64,000 bases of DNA from Candidatus Bathyarchaeota archaeon (GTDB lineage: Archaea > Thermoproteota > Bathyarchaeia > 40CM-2-53-6 > RBG-13-38-9), in contig CAWECG010000003.1 in NCBI GenBank assembly GCA_963807605.1, positions 480,001 to 544,000 on the forward strand. Direction: 5' to 3'. The position numbers were made by a program, and so were the translations under genes. How positions within the stretch are numbered: position 1 is the first letter of the stretch; each line of letters begins with the position of its first letter. Under the pieces are notes generated by a model, which had not been told where the DNA came from, searched no databases, and saw only the letters and a program-made list of their open reading frames with translations. Positions 50,519 to 60,286 of the stretch are shown here, one piece after another.

Positions 50519-52156
50519 CTAATATTCCGGCATTCCGCCTCCGGGTCCACCCCTTGGGGGTGGCATTGGGGGCGGTCTTGCCGCTGCTATTACATCATCT
50601 ACTCTCAAGATCATCGAGGCTGCCTCAACTGCTGATTTCACAGCCTGTTCCTTAACCATGACGGGTTCTATCACGCCTTCGCCGATCATGTCTTTCGTCT
50701 TTCCAGTGTAGACATCAACTCCAAATGTGTATCCCTTCGGTTCGTCGTGTGCTGCCTTGAGGGCTACCATTATGTCTATCGGGTCTAGCCCTGCGTTCTC
50801 AGCCAAGTATTTTGGTATGCACTCGATGGCGTCTGAGAATTTTACGATTGCGAGTTGTTCTCTTCCGCCAATCTTAACTGCGTATTCTCTCAGTCTCTTT
50901 GCCACCTCGATTTCGGTGGCTCCGCCTCCAGCAACTATCTTGTTCTTATTGACTACGTCGGCTATGACGTATAGCGCGTCGTTCATCGCCCGTTCAGCCT
51001 CGTCGACAGACCTCTCGAGACCTGCTCTGATGAGTATGCTGACGGAGCGTGGATTCTTACAGTCCTCTATGAAGACCATTTTGTCTTCGCCCAGTCTTCT
51101 CTCCTCGGCGAGGCCTGCGTTTCCAAGATCCTTCTCTGTGAGGCCCCCGATGTTGTTTACAGTTCTTCCTCCTGTTGCTCTTGCAAGCTTCTCCATGTCT
51201 GACTCCTTTATTCTTCTGACTGCCATGATCCCTTCTTTAGCGAGGAAGTGCTGGGCGACGTCGTCTATTCCTTTCTGGCAGAGGAGTACGTTTGCTCCTG
51301 AGGCCTTTACCTTCTGAACCATGTCTTTCAGCATAGTCGTCTCTTCGTCGAGGAATGCCTTCATCTGGTCGGGGTCACTTATTCTGATCTCGGCGCTGAA
51401 TTCAGTCTTCTCAACCTCTATCGCGGCGTTGAGTAATGCTATCTTGGGGTTCTTTACGCTCTTGGGCATTCCAGGATGGACAACTTCCTTGTCAATGATT
51501 ATGCCCCTGATGAGTTGGGTATCAAGGATGCTCTTTCCGATCTTCTTCACCAGCTGGATATTGTCGATGTCAGCCATCAGTTTGTCTCCTCGCTGTTCGA
51601 TTATTTGCTTCACGGCGTCTACGGCTATCTCGGCTAGGTGATTTCTTGCGCCTCCCACATTTTTGCTGTGTAGGGCGGTCATAGCCACCTTCCTAAGGGT
51701 TGCTTTATCGTTCAAGTCTACAGGCTGACCAATTTGGTCAAGTATCTTCATAGTTTCGTCTGCGGCCTTCTTGTAGCCTGAGACTATGGTTGTGACATGG
51801 ATGTTGTCGTCGATCAGTTCCTCTGCCCCTCTAAGGAGTTCTCCTGCGAAGACTACGGCTGTTGTTGTACCGTCGCCAACCTCGTCGTCTTGGGTTTTTG
51901 CAACCTCGACCATCATCTTTGCTGCTGGGTTCTGGACATCGATCTCATCCAGGATGGTTGCTCCGTCATTGGTCACTGTTACGTCGCCTAGGCTGTCGAC
52001 TAGCATTTTGTCCATCCCTCTTGGGCCTAGGGTGGACTTTACGACTTCGCCGATTATCTTTGCAGCTGTTATATTCGATCTCTGGGCTTCTCTGCCTCGA
52101 CTTCTTGAGGCTCCCTCCTTCAGTATTAGAACTGGTTGACCTGTCAAATACGCCAA
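50519..52156 (-). CDS. thsA: Thermosome (group II chaperonin) subunit; alpha/beta assignment tentative
   Basis: [24 protein letters not shown] and a GGM tail. Confidence 0.93.
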   Translation of the reverse strand: MAYLTGQPVLILKEGASRSRGREAQRSNITAAKIIGEVVKSTLGPRGMDKMLVDSLGDVTVTNDGATILDEIDVQNPAAKMMVEVAKTQDDEVGDGTTTAVVFAGELLRGAEELIDDNIHVTTIVSGYKKAADETMKILDQIGQPVDLNDKATLRKVAMTALHSKNVGGARNHLAEIAVDAVKQIIEQRGDKLMADIDNIQLVKKIGKSILDTQLIRGIIIDKEVVHPGMPKSVKNPKIALLNAAIEVEKTEFSAEIRISDPDQMKAFLDEETTMLKDMVQKVKASGANVLLCQKGIDDVAQHFLAKEGIMAVRRIKESDMEKLARATGGRTVNNIGGLTEKDLGNAGLAEERRLGEDKMVFIEDCKNPRSVSILIRAGLERSVDEAERAMNDALYVIADVVNKNKIVAGGGATEIEVAKRLREYAVKIGGREQLAIVKFSDAIECIPKYLAENAGLDPIDIMVALKAAHDEPKGYTFGVDVYTGKTKDMIGEGVIEPVMVKEQAVKSAVEAASMILRVDDVIAAARPPPMPPPRGGPGGGMPEY

Positions 52157-52250
52157 TGCATTTCACCTTACTGAATAATCCACATTTAAGATTCTATTAT
52201 GCGAGTTTTCTATTCGATACGCCCGGTTGATATAAACTTTGTCGCGCGTA

Positions 52251-53329
52251 TGCTGTGTTGCGCGACTAGGTTTCAGTGATGTTTTTCGCTTTTGTTGGCT
52301 GTCTTCAGGTTTCGTCTAGCCGTGTGTTGCTGTGGTTGTTTCTATCAGCATGTTGTATAGTGAGGCTTTGATCATCATCTCCTGTGCCATGTTTTGCATC
52401 GTTTTGGCTGAGACGTATTCTCCGAAGGTTCGCTTCAGCGATGAGAAGGCTGATTCAGCCATCCATCTATACCCGTAGCCATGATTGTGTTTCCAGGCTT
52501 CAGGGTCTTTGAGGTATTCTTGGGCTACGAGCTTTCTGGGCATGCATCCTCCGGCCCTGCTGGATGTGTTCTTGCGCACCTTGATGGCTGGCTCAATCCC
52601 TTTTGCGTTGAGATAGCGGAAGTTGCTTTTCATATCGTATGCTCCGTCGCCAATTGCCTTGGCGACCTTACCTTTCTTGGAGGCTTCATCAACAAGCGGC
52701 TGGAGCATCCCTCCGTCACCTGTCTTCTCATCCGTCACCTTCAAGGCGAGTATCTTCTTCCGCTTTACATCAACGGCGATATGGATCTTGAGGTATCCGC
52801 GTCTCACCTTCCATTTATGGCGTATCCATTCGCCGCGGTTAGCCACCTTGATGCCTGATGCGTCCACCGCCAGGACTATGTCGTCGCCATAATCTTTCTC
52901 ATCCAGCTTCACATCTAACCTGTTCACGCGTCTATCTATGGTTGAATAGTCAGGCACATGGATCCTTGAGTCGAATCTTCTCAGGGCTTTGAGGAATCCT
53001 TCTGTCTGCCTGTAGGGTAGGTGGAATAGCAGGTGCATGTAGCCTAGAAGCCTGATGAAGATCTCAGGGTAGACGTATTGTCCACCTTCCTTCCCAGTAT
53101 TCATCTTTTCAAGCTCAATGTTCCACCTGTCAAGGATGCGTGGGTCAAGCAGGATCTCCCCACGCTTCACGAGACCCTCATTGATGCGTCTCCAATCTCT
53201 AGCAGCCAATCACAATCGTGGAATAGTTCTCTCACAGGCAATATAGATCATCCAACCACTTCCACGTCAATAAACCGAAAACTCAAACCTACATCCATAA
53301 ACAAAAATGTCTAGTCATGCAACACAGCA
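52251..53329 (-). mobile_element. IS5-family insertion sequence, 1079 bp, intact
   Basis: 19-bp TIRs TGCTGTGTTGC(GC/AT)GACTAG; 8-bp direct repeat CGCGCGTA at 52243-52250 and 53330-53337. Confidence 0.9.
52316..53209 (-). CDS. IS5-family DDE transposase
   Basis: LPYRQTEG, PDYSTI, VDASG, KIHIAVD, GDGAYD and Y..RWMAESAFS. Confidence 0.93.
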   Translation of the reverse strand: MAARDWRRINEGLVKRGEILLDPRILDRWNIELEKMNTGKEGGQYVYPEIFIRLLGYMHLLFHLPYRQTEGFLKALRRFDSRIHVPDYSTIDRRVNRLDVKLDEKDYGDDIVLAVDASGIKVANRGEWIRHKWKVRRGYLKIHIAVDVKRKKILALKVTDEKTGDGGMLQPLVDEASKKGKVAKAIGDGAYDMKSNFRYLNAKGIEPAIKVRKNTSSRAGGCMPRKLVAQEYLKDPEAWKHNHGYGYRWMAESAFSSLKRTFGEYVSAKTMQNMAQEMMIKASLYNMLIETTTATHG

Positions 53330-53454
53330 CGCGCGTAGGTACTGTCAAGTCTTCGTCTGATCGCTAGGGTTGTAAAAATTCGTCGGATAACTATCACGAC
53401 ATAAATGGCTTCTGAGGAATGATTACATATCTTGGTGCACATTCATTTGGATGT

Positions 53455-53844
53455 ATGATTTGGTATCCTTCCGACGATGACGTAATCTGCCTCAATTGGG
53501 TGGTTCTTGAAATGTCGCGTGACAAACACCCTCACAAACTCTTGGGGTCAAGAGAAGGAATACGAGCAATCATAGATAGCGTCAAACATCAAGAGCAAGG
53601 GGGGTTAATCTTTCAAGCCGCACTCTTGTTGAAGAACTTTGCCGAGAAACATATATTTGATGGTGCAAACCATAGAACCGCCTACGCAGTGACTAAGAGT
53701 TTCTTGACAAGGAATGGTAAACGTTTCCGAGTTAGCACTCTAAATGAGGCGTATCCATTTATTAAGAACCTTGAGGTACACGATATAGAAGAAATTCAAA
53801 GGTGGATAGAGCATGGAGAAGAAGGGTTGCCAAGAAAACCCTAA
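53455..53844 (+). CDS. Fic/Doc family toxin
   Basis: Variant Fic motif HIFDGANHRTA. Confidence 0.82.
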   Translation: MIWYPSDDDVICLNWVVLEMSRDKHPHKLLGSREGIRAIIDSVKHQEQGGLIFQAALLLKNFAEKHIFDGANHRTAYAVTKSFLTRNGKRFRVSTLNEAYPFIKNLEVHDIEEIQRWIEHGEEGLPRKP

Positions 53845-53926
53845 CCTAGCCTTCTTTAGGGAGATTCTTGAAGAGGACATACCTCTACTGAAGATGCTCG
53901 CCACTAATGGCAAGCATAAGGAATAG
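53813..53926 (+). CDS. Putative 37-aa antitoxin overlapping the Fic/Doc gene (not in the ORF track)
   Basis: MEKKGCQENPNLAFFREILEEDIPLLKMLATNGKHKE; acidic amphipathic helix ending LxxLA. Confidence 0.5.
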   Translation: MEKKGCQENPNLAFFREILEEDIPLLKMLATNGKHKE

Positions 53927-53943
53927 AGGTTAGAGTGGCTGTT

Positions 53944-54451
53944 TCAAGTCATTTGACTTGCGTTTTGTATCAACGTTAGCCACTTGTTCTTTCCTTCGAC
54001 TTTGATTCCACATGCTTCTGCTGGTGTCTTACCCTCTAGGGCTTCATGTGGTCGCATGTAGTTGTGGAATATCTGGTAGCCCTTCAGAATGGGAGTATCG
54101 GTTTTCTTCAGTCCTCGCATGACCTTCTCTCTATCTCTGACTTCCCCGTTGAACCGTTCCATCTTGTTATTATTTCTATCACCCTGTATTCTGATGTGGC
54201 TGATATGCTGAGGTCTAGGTTGCTGGTGTTGCCAAAACTCCTTACGATAAGCATCATGATAAGCTGGTAGTCCATCAGTGATTAGTAGCATAGGTTTCTT
54301 GCCTGTGAGTTCCTTGCCCTTGCGGAACAAGTTTCGAGCATCATGAGTAAACTTGGTATCGGCTACTTCTTGAACTATCCAGAAACGAGTCTCATCATCC
54401 ATGAGGGCGAAAACATACTTCATGTTGCCTCTGAACTTTACGAAAAGCTCG
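53944..54451 (-). pseudogene. IS6-family (DDE) transposase, C-terminal fragment
   Basis: ELFVK...ALMDDETRFW, LITDGLPAY, NNKMERFN and HN..RPH..L.GKTPAE; N-terminus missing. Confidence 0.82.
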
Positions 54452-54651
54452 GGAACTATCTTGCGACACTCGGCGAATTTGCTGAAGCGCAAGGAGAGCT
54501 ATTCGCAAAAGAGATGAACCACTACTTTGATCTGATACTCTCTTCGCTGGCCCTTGACTGACCAAACTGAGGAGAACAGCCAGCTTTTCATGCGCACACC
54601 AGATCATGGTTGGCTTGAGTGATGCAGAACGCAGAGGAGTAAAACTCTTTA

Positions 54652-55035
54652 TCAGTTCATCCTCAGATGCCTGTGAAAATCTGTTACGAAATTGTCAACC
54701 AATCTTTCAAGGCTCTGAGTAATTTCCTTGACTTTAAGACTGGCCTGTTCTTTGATCTTTGACTCTTCAGCTGCGATGTAAATGTGATAGTATCCCCCCT
54801 CTTTAAGTGTCCTTACTCTCTTGTACACGAGGCTCAAGCTGACTAGCTTTGATAACGAGCGGTGAACAGTGCTTCTGTTCCTCTTCACTGCTTCTGAAAT
54901 CTCGTCGAGGGTGACCTGATCGCCTCGTGCAACCACAAAAAGGATATCAAGATCCATCTGTTTCAGGTTGTACAGGCAGGTAAGAAGCTCCGAGCATGTC
55001 GCGCCTTTTCTCGTAAGGAATTGTATGCTTTCCAT
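54652..55035 (-). CDS. TrmB-like HTH transcriptional regulator
   Basis: LLTCLYNL, RNRSTVHRSLSKL and GGYYHIY. Confidence 0.85.
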   Translation of the reverse strand: MESIQFLTRKGATCSELLTCLYNLKQMDLDILFVVARGDQVTLDEISEAVKRNRSTVHRSLSKLVSLSLVYKRVRTLKEGGYYHIYIAAEESKIKEQASLKVKEITQSLERLVDNFVTDFHRHLRMN

Positions 55036-55148
55036 TTGACCTTAAGATAGGGAATGAGATGGAATATAAGTATTGCATGGTATTGGCAAGACTCTGATAC
55101 ATTAATAAACCCATTTCGCACTGATGAATGAACTGGTAGATTGTAACA

Positions 55149-55628
55149 ATGAGCGTAGATACTGAGAACAATAAAGACCAGGAAATCGAGAAGATCAAAA
55201 TGAGAGCCTTGCATGAGATCCAGAAGCAAGCAAAGACCCAGCAGAGTCAGACTGAAGCCCTGAAGGCTTTGGGCGGTAAACCGATAGACCTTACGGATTC
55301 AAACTTTTTTTCTGTTGTTAACAAGTACCCACTGATGCTGATCGATTTCTGGGCGCCATGGTGTGGGCCTTGCAGAATGGTTTCCCCTACTATAGATCAA
55401 CTGGCAAAGCAGTATTCGGGCAACATTGCATTTGGAAGAGTCAATGTTGACGAAAATCCAACGACTGCAAGTCAATTTGAGGTACAGGGCATCCCCACGC
55501 TCTTGATCTTTCAGCATGGGAAAGCAATTGATAGACTCGTCGGCGCATATCCAAAGAACACCATCGAATCGCGGCTCCAGGCACATCTAGGGAATGGTTC
55601 TGCTCCATCTGCCGGCGCATATCGATAA
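55149..55628 (+). CDS. trxA: Thioredoxin
   Basis: DFWAPWCGPC, NVDEN and GIPTL. Confidence 0.93.
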   Translation: MSVDTENNKDQEIEKIKMRALHEIQKQAKTQQSQTEALKALGGKPIDLTDSNFFSVVNKYPLMLIDFWAPWCGPCRMVSPTIDQLAKQYSGNIAFGRVNVDENPTTASQFEVQGIPTLLIFQHGKAIDRLVGAYPKNTIESRLQAHLGNGSAPSAGAYR

Positions 55629-55680
55629 TCAATCAAAATGCGTTTTGATTGAAACGTTGGGAGATGGAACTGTAAGCGAA

Positions 55681-55821
55681 ATGATTCCAGCAACAACCTC
55701 AAACGGCCAGCAAGTTCTTATTATGAAAGAGCGGTCTCAGCAGACAAAGGGAAAGAAAGCGCAGCAAAACAACATATTTGCTGGCAAACTGCTAGCCGAA
55801 CTCATCAAAACAAGCTTGGGA
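55681..55821 (+). pseudogene. 5' fragment of a third thermosome subunit gene
   Basis: MIPATTSNGQQVLIMKERSQQTKGKKAQQNNIFAGKLLAELIKTSLG aligns with the N-termini of the two intact thermosomes; cut at ACGCGCGCGT. Confidence 0.85.
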
Positions 55822-55961
55822 CGCGCGCGTAAATTATCAAGATCGAGAACGCATGAAACGGTGCCTAGGCATTTTCGAAGACTTCTGCATTGTTACCCAA
55901 AGCGTCAGGAATGGCATCAATGTCCAGGTTGCCGTCCAGTCCTGAGTGGAGGTGATTGCAT

Positions 55962-56138
55962 ATGGCGAAGAAGTTCAAATGCGCTGATATTGGTATGAAG
56001 TGTGGCTTCGAAGCTACGGCCAACACGACCGATGAACTAATGCCCAAAATTGCCGACCACGCTAAGGCTGCACATGGAATGACCGAGATACCCAAAGATA
56101 TACTTGCAAAGGTCCAAGCGGCGATAAAGGACATTTAG
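55962..56138 (+). CDS. DUF1059 small metal-binding protein
   Basis: FKCADIGMKCGF...HAKAAH. Confidence 0.88.
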   Translation: MAKKFKCADIGMKCGFEATANTTDELMPKIADHAKAAHGMTEIPKDILAKVQAAIKDI

Positions 56139-56150
56139 AAGTCGAAGAGA

Positions 56151-56831
56151 GTGAAGCGCACCGGAGGGACGCCGACGTCAAAGTCAAGGCGACATAGCGG
56201 CGGCTCCCTCAAGCTCCCTATTCCATTCTACCATCAAGCTTCGCAATTCACCTGCGGACCCGCTTGCTTGATGATGGCGATGAAGTTCTTCAAACCATCT
56301 CTGCATCTGAATCGAAAATTTGAGTTTGACATTTGGCGTGAAGCCAACCTGGTGGAGTGCTACGGAACAAGCAAAGAAGGGTTGGCGCTAGCAGCGGCTA
56401 GGCGAGGTTTTGACGTTTACATGCTCGGAAGAGCACTGCGGCATTCCTTCGTAGACGCCATCGATACCAAAATACCTAACATTGACTACCAAATGCTCGA
56501 GTTGCTTTACAATGACACAAAAGCGAAATTGCGCGCCATGGGAGTCAAGAACGTTGCTCGCGAAGTCCAGTTGTCCAACCTCAAGGGTGCTTTGCGTAAC
56601 TCGCAAGTTCCAATTCTGCTCACAAGCACATCATTGTTCGGGAAAAAAGAAGCCCTTCCACACTGGGTGGTCCTCACGGGGTACGGAAAAGACTGGTATC
56701 TAAATAATCCATTAGCAAACTCGCCAAATACGAGACTTAGCGGCCGGACTTTAGAGAACAATTTGGGGTACAAGGAAATTCGCTGCGCCGTCATTGTCCA
56801 AGGCTTAAAGCGGCGAGTTGAACCCAAGTGA
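56151..56831 (+). CDS. Peptidase C39-like (DUF3335-type) protein
   Basis: Q..FTCGPACLMMA, IWREA and PHWVVLTG. Confidence 0.82.
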   Translation: MKRTGGTPTSKSRRHSGGSLKLPIPFYHQASQFTCGPACLMMAMKFFKPSLHLNRKFEFDIWREANLVECYGTSKEGLALAAARRGFDVYMLGRALRHSFVDAIDTKIPNIDYQMLELLYNDTKAKLRAMGVKNVAREVQLSNLKGALRNSQVPILLTSTSLFGKKEALPHWVVLTGYGKDWYLNNPLANSPNTRLSGRTLENNLGYKEIRCAVIVQGLKRRVEPK

Positions 56832-56912
56832 ATTGTAGGTAAAGTTTGGATACATGGTTGTCGCTAAGCGATTCTCAAGGTCTAAAGTGAGTACCCTATA
56901 GGAGATGAGAAG

Positions 56913-57704
56913 ATGCCTGATATCTTTGAGGAGATTGTGCGGATAAGGCGAGAAAGAACTAGGGCTGCGCTTGCAACGGTCGTCGGCGGCGAAAAGGGAG
57001 TTCCAGGGAAAACGGGGTTCCGAATGCTAGTCTACTCGGATGGCAGCAGCCTGGGCACAATTGGAGGTGGCCTACTTGAAGCCAAAGTCCGAGAGGAAGC
57101 TCTACACTGCCTCGATGACAGGAAAACAAAGCTTCTGGAATATACCCTTGATGAGCAGAGTGCTGACGGGATTGGTGCATTATGCGGCGGCAAGGTCCAA
57201 ATTTTCGTGGAGCCGATCGAGGGGTCACCGAAGTTGTATGTCTTCGGAGGTGGTCACATCGCAGTTCCACTAGTCCAGTTTGCGAACACCCTGGGATTTT
57301 CTGTTATCGTGGTGGATGACCGAGAAGAATTCGCTAACAAAACACGCTTCCCGCAAACCGAAGTGAAGTTAGGCAACTTCGTCGATGTAACCAAGTCCTT
57401 CGACTTTCGTGAAGACGACTCTGTTGTTATAGTGACACGTGGGCATGAGCATGATGAGGTTGTGTTAAAGGAGTGCCTCTCCAAAGACAGGCTTCCAAAC
57501 TATATCGGCATGATCGGGAGCCGAGACAAGGTTGCTGCAACTTTCTCTCATCTCAAGGAACAAGGCGTATCAGAAAAACTGCTTGCGAAAGTTAAGGCTC
57601 CCATAGGAATAAACATAGGAGCTCGGACGCAGGCGGAAATCGCGTTGAGTATAATGGCTCAGATCGTTGCCCTTCTACATGAAGAGTCAACTAAATTACC
57701 CTGA
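56913..57704 (+). CDS. xdhC: XdhC/CoxI family Moco maturation factor
   Basis: GTIGGGLLE, LCGG, FGGGHIA, VTRGH and YIGMIGS. Confidence 0.9.
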   Translation: MPDIFEEIVRIRRERTRAALATVVGGEKGVPGKTGFRMLVYSDGSSLGTIGGGLLEAKVREEALHCLDDRKTKLLEYTLDEQSADGIGALCGGKVQIFVEPIEGSPKLYVFGGGHIAVPLVQFANTLGFSVIVVDDREEFANKTRFPQTEVKLGNFVDVTKSFDFREDDSVVIVTRGHEHDEVVLKECLSKDRLPNYIGMIGSRDKVAATFSHLKEQGVSEKLLAKVKAPIGINIGARTQAEIALSIMAQIVALLHEESTKLP

Positions 57705-57872
57705 GCTTCAGCTCAGGGTATTTCAGCTCCTTTTCTTATAACTGCTTCAAGCATTCTCTCTATGTTGTAGTATCCCTGCGGTGTGCACACACAATAATTT
57801 CTCTGTAGGAAGTGGAAAACCTCTAAGACCTCTCTTTAATTAGGCAGATACATTTGCCATCTGAGGACGTGC

Positions 57873-58193
57873 TTAGAATGTAACAATTTTCTCGCAATCC
57901 CTTATCATCTCATACAAATCTTTCATCGTTGACAGTGGACACATTTCAGAGCCTGAAGATTGTCGGATCTTGAGACAGCTGCCACATGCAAATATTTTGC
58001 CAGCGTTATCAACAAAGGAACGCATCTGCTCCGTTATTTTGAATTTATCAGTATCAAGATATTCGCACTCTACTCCTTTTGCTATAAGAAACACCTTTAC
58101 TTCATCACGTTCTTTCAGAGCAAAATTTCCAAACCGAAAAGCATTCCACACGGTTTCTGGGTCGTTCGAGTAGATAACAATGCCAATTTTCAT
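57873..58193 (-). CDS. DsrE family protein
   Basis: ETVWNAFRF, VFL..KGVE, ACGSC and CPLSTM. Confidence 0.88.
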   Translation of the reverse strand: MKIGIVIYSNDPETVWNAFRFGNFALKERDEVKVFLIAKGVECEYLDTDKFKITEQMRSFVDNAGKIFACGSCLKIRQSSGSEMCPLSTMKDLYEMIRDCEKIVTF

Positions 58194-58268
58194 ATTTGTA
58201 ACTCCTTAATTTTTTGTCATGATCACAAACAGGAGTCTTAGTCTTGCTGTCAACACTGGCTTCTAAGA

Positions 58269-59421
58269 CTAGGCCTCAAGCTTTTGTCTAATTCTGCCCA
58301 CGTTCTTGGAGACCAAGTCTACGGTATAGTCAACCTCCTCTTTGCTAGTCCATCTTCCCAGGCTGAATCTGACAGCGCCCAACGCAGTCTCTCTGGATAA
58401 TCCCATTGCTGTTAGTACTGGGGATGGCTCCATGGAGTCTGAGTGGCAGGCTGAACCTGTGGACGCCGCAATCTCTGGAATGCTCCTCAGAAGCTCTTCT
58501 CCGACTAGGCCTTTGAAGCTTAGATTCAGGGTATTCGGGAGCCTCTCCTCTGGGTGTCCATTCAATACCACGGAATCCCCACCCAGCTTGTCCAAGATGC
58601 CTTGGTAAAGCCCTTCTCTGAGAATCCTTGATTCTAGGTTTGAAGTCTGGGAGGTCTCTCTTCGCTATCTCGCAGGCCTTGCCCAACCCTACAATGTAGG
58701 GGACGTTCTCAGTGCCTGCACGTCTGCCCCGCTCCTGGCCTCCTCCATGGATCAGACTGTCCAGCTGTGTTCCGTTTCGAATGTAAAGCGCTCCTATGCC
58801 TTTTGGAGCATACAACTTGTGACCTGCTATGGTAAGGAGATCCACCTCAAGACTGTCTACATCCACGTCAGTCTTACCACAGGACTGGGCTGCATCAGTA
58901 TGGAATAGGATTCCTCTTTCGTTCAGAATCTTGCTGATCTCTTCGATGGGCTGAATCGTTCCAGTCTCATTGTTGGCATGCATAATCGTGACGAGGACAG
59001 TCTCGTCTGTGATGGCTTTCTCCAAGTCTTCTGTGCTTATGATCCCAAACTTGTCGACTGGAAGATATGTGACTCTGTATCCCAGTCTCTCCCTAAGATA
59101 ATTGCATGTTTTCAATACTGCTGGATGTTCTGTCTGAGATGTGACTATGTGCCCCTTCCTTCCGTGTGCAGTTGCAGTCCCTGTGATGGCTTGGTTGTTG
59201 CTTTCTGATCCGCTGCTGGTGAAGACGATCTCATCAGGTTCGCAGCCTATCAGTGCAGCGGTCTTCTCGCGGGCTGCGACTACTGCTTCATGGGCTCGCT
59301 GGCCGTAAACATGGTTGCTTGAAGGGTTACCGAACTCGTCCTTTAGATATGGAAGCATGGCCTCCAGGACTTGTGGGTCTGTGGGTGTAGTGGCGTTGTA
59401 GTCCATGTAGACTGGCTTCAA
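58269..59421 (-). pseudogene. iscS: Cysteine desulfurase (IscS/NifS) with a +1 frameshift near 58627 (possibly a sequencing error)
   Basis: DYNATTP, GNPSS, HTDAAQ and AGHKLYAPKG; catalytic STGSACH lies in the second frame. Confidence 0.85.
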
Positions 59422-59426
59422 TCTCT

Positions 59427-59795
59427 CTACTTCCTCTGAAGTATGCTCTTGACGAGCCTCTCTTCGCTGGTGAGATGCTCGAAAAGCGTCTCTCTAATCA
59501 TCTCGCATGCCTGAGTGATCTTCGGATTCGATATTCTGTAGTAAATGCTGGTTCCCTCTCTTCTAGTTAGGACAATGTTCTTGTCTCTCAAGACGGCCAA
59601 GTGCTGTGAGACGTTAGCCTGAGGTAGCCTGAGCATCTGGGCAAGTTCGTTAACTGATTTTTCGCCGCTTCTGAGAAGGTAGAGTATCTTCAACCTGACA
59701 GGGTTCGCAAGGGTCTGGCACATGGCTGCATGTAACTCAAAGACCCTATCCTCTGATGAACTTAGATGAGGCATTCTTGTTTCCTTCCTCTCCAC
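59427..59795 (-). CDS. ArsR/SmtB family regulator
   Basis: LANPVRLKIL, QANVSQHLAVLR and RREG..IYY. Confidence 0.9.
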   Translation of the reverse strand: MERKETRMPHLSSSEDRVFELHAAMCQTLANPVRLKILYLLRSGEKSVNELAQMLRLPQANVSQHLAVLRDKNIVLTRREGTSIYYRISNPKITQACEMIRETLFEHLTSEERLVKSILQRK

Positions 59796-59865
59796 ATATG
59801 ACTAGCACATGATATAAAACAATATTCTTATATATTAATATGATTATAACTAACAACAATATAAA

Positions 59866-60273
59866 ATGGAGACTAAGCATGTGAGTGAAAGAAACGGTGG
59901 GTGGATAGCCCTCCTAGTAATACTCTTGATATTTCTGTTCGCAGGCCCCATGATGTTCATGGGAGGAGGTTTTATGGGCCCAGGCATGATGGGTGGCTAC
60001 GGCCCGAACGGTGGGTACCGTGGCATGATGGGCTACGGAGGATATGGCTATGGTTACGGCTTCAACTGGCTCGGCGCAATAGTCCGGATAATCGTATTCC
60101 TGATCTTTCTTGGCCTGATAGCGTTTGGAGTCTACTACCTTGTCGGTGGAGGCAGACCAACACCCACGAGTCCAACACCAAGCAGCAGACCACTTGAGAT
60201 CCTAAAGGAACGATATGCCAAGGGCGAGATAACGAAGGAAGAGTATGAGCAGATGAAGCAGGAACTCTCCTAG
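59866..60273 (+). CDS. SHOCT domain membrane protein
   Basis: Gly/Met-rich GMMGG loop, two TMs and LKERYAKGEITKEEY. Confidence 0.88.
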   Translation: METKHVSERNGGWIALLVILLIFLFAGPMMFMGGGFMGPGMMGGYGPNGGYRGMMGYGGYGYGYGFNWLGAIVRIIVFLIFLGLIAFGVYYLVGGGRPTPTSPTPSSRPLEILKERYAKGEITKEEYEQMKQELS

Positions 60274-60286
60274 GAGGACTAACAGA

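Noticed and set aside
55594-55998. 134-aa ORF as a real gene
   Set aside because: It is a chimera: a thermosome N-terminal fragment fused at the CG tract to unrelated sequence overlapping DUF1059
8431-56536. In-gene GCGCGC/CGCGCG hexamers (8432, 16960, 23346, 44501, 56531) as junction scars
   Set aside because: Hexamers are expected by chance at this GC content and the host genes are uninterrupted
2334-59421. Selenocysteine/pyrrolysine readthrough or programmed frameshifting for the broken genes
   Set aside because: The breaks are frame changes rather than in-frame stops, and no canonical slippery heptamers were seen
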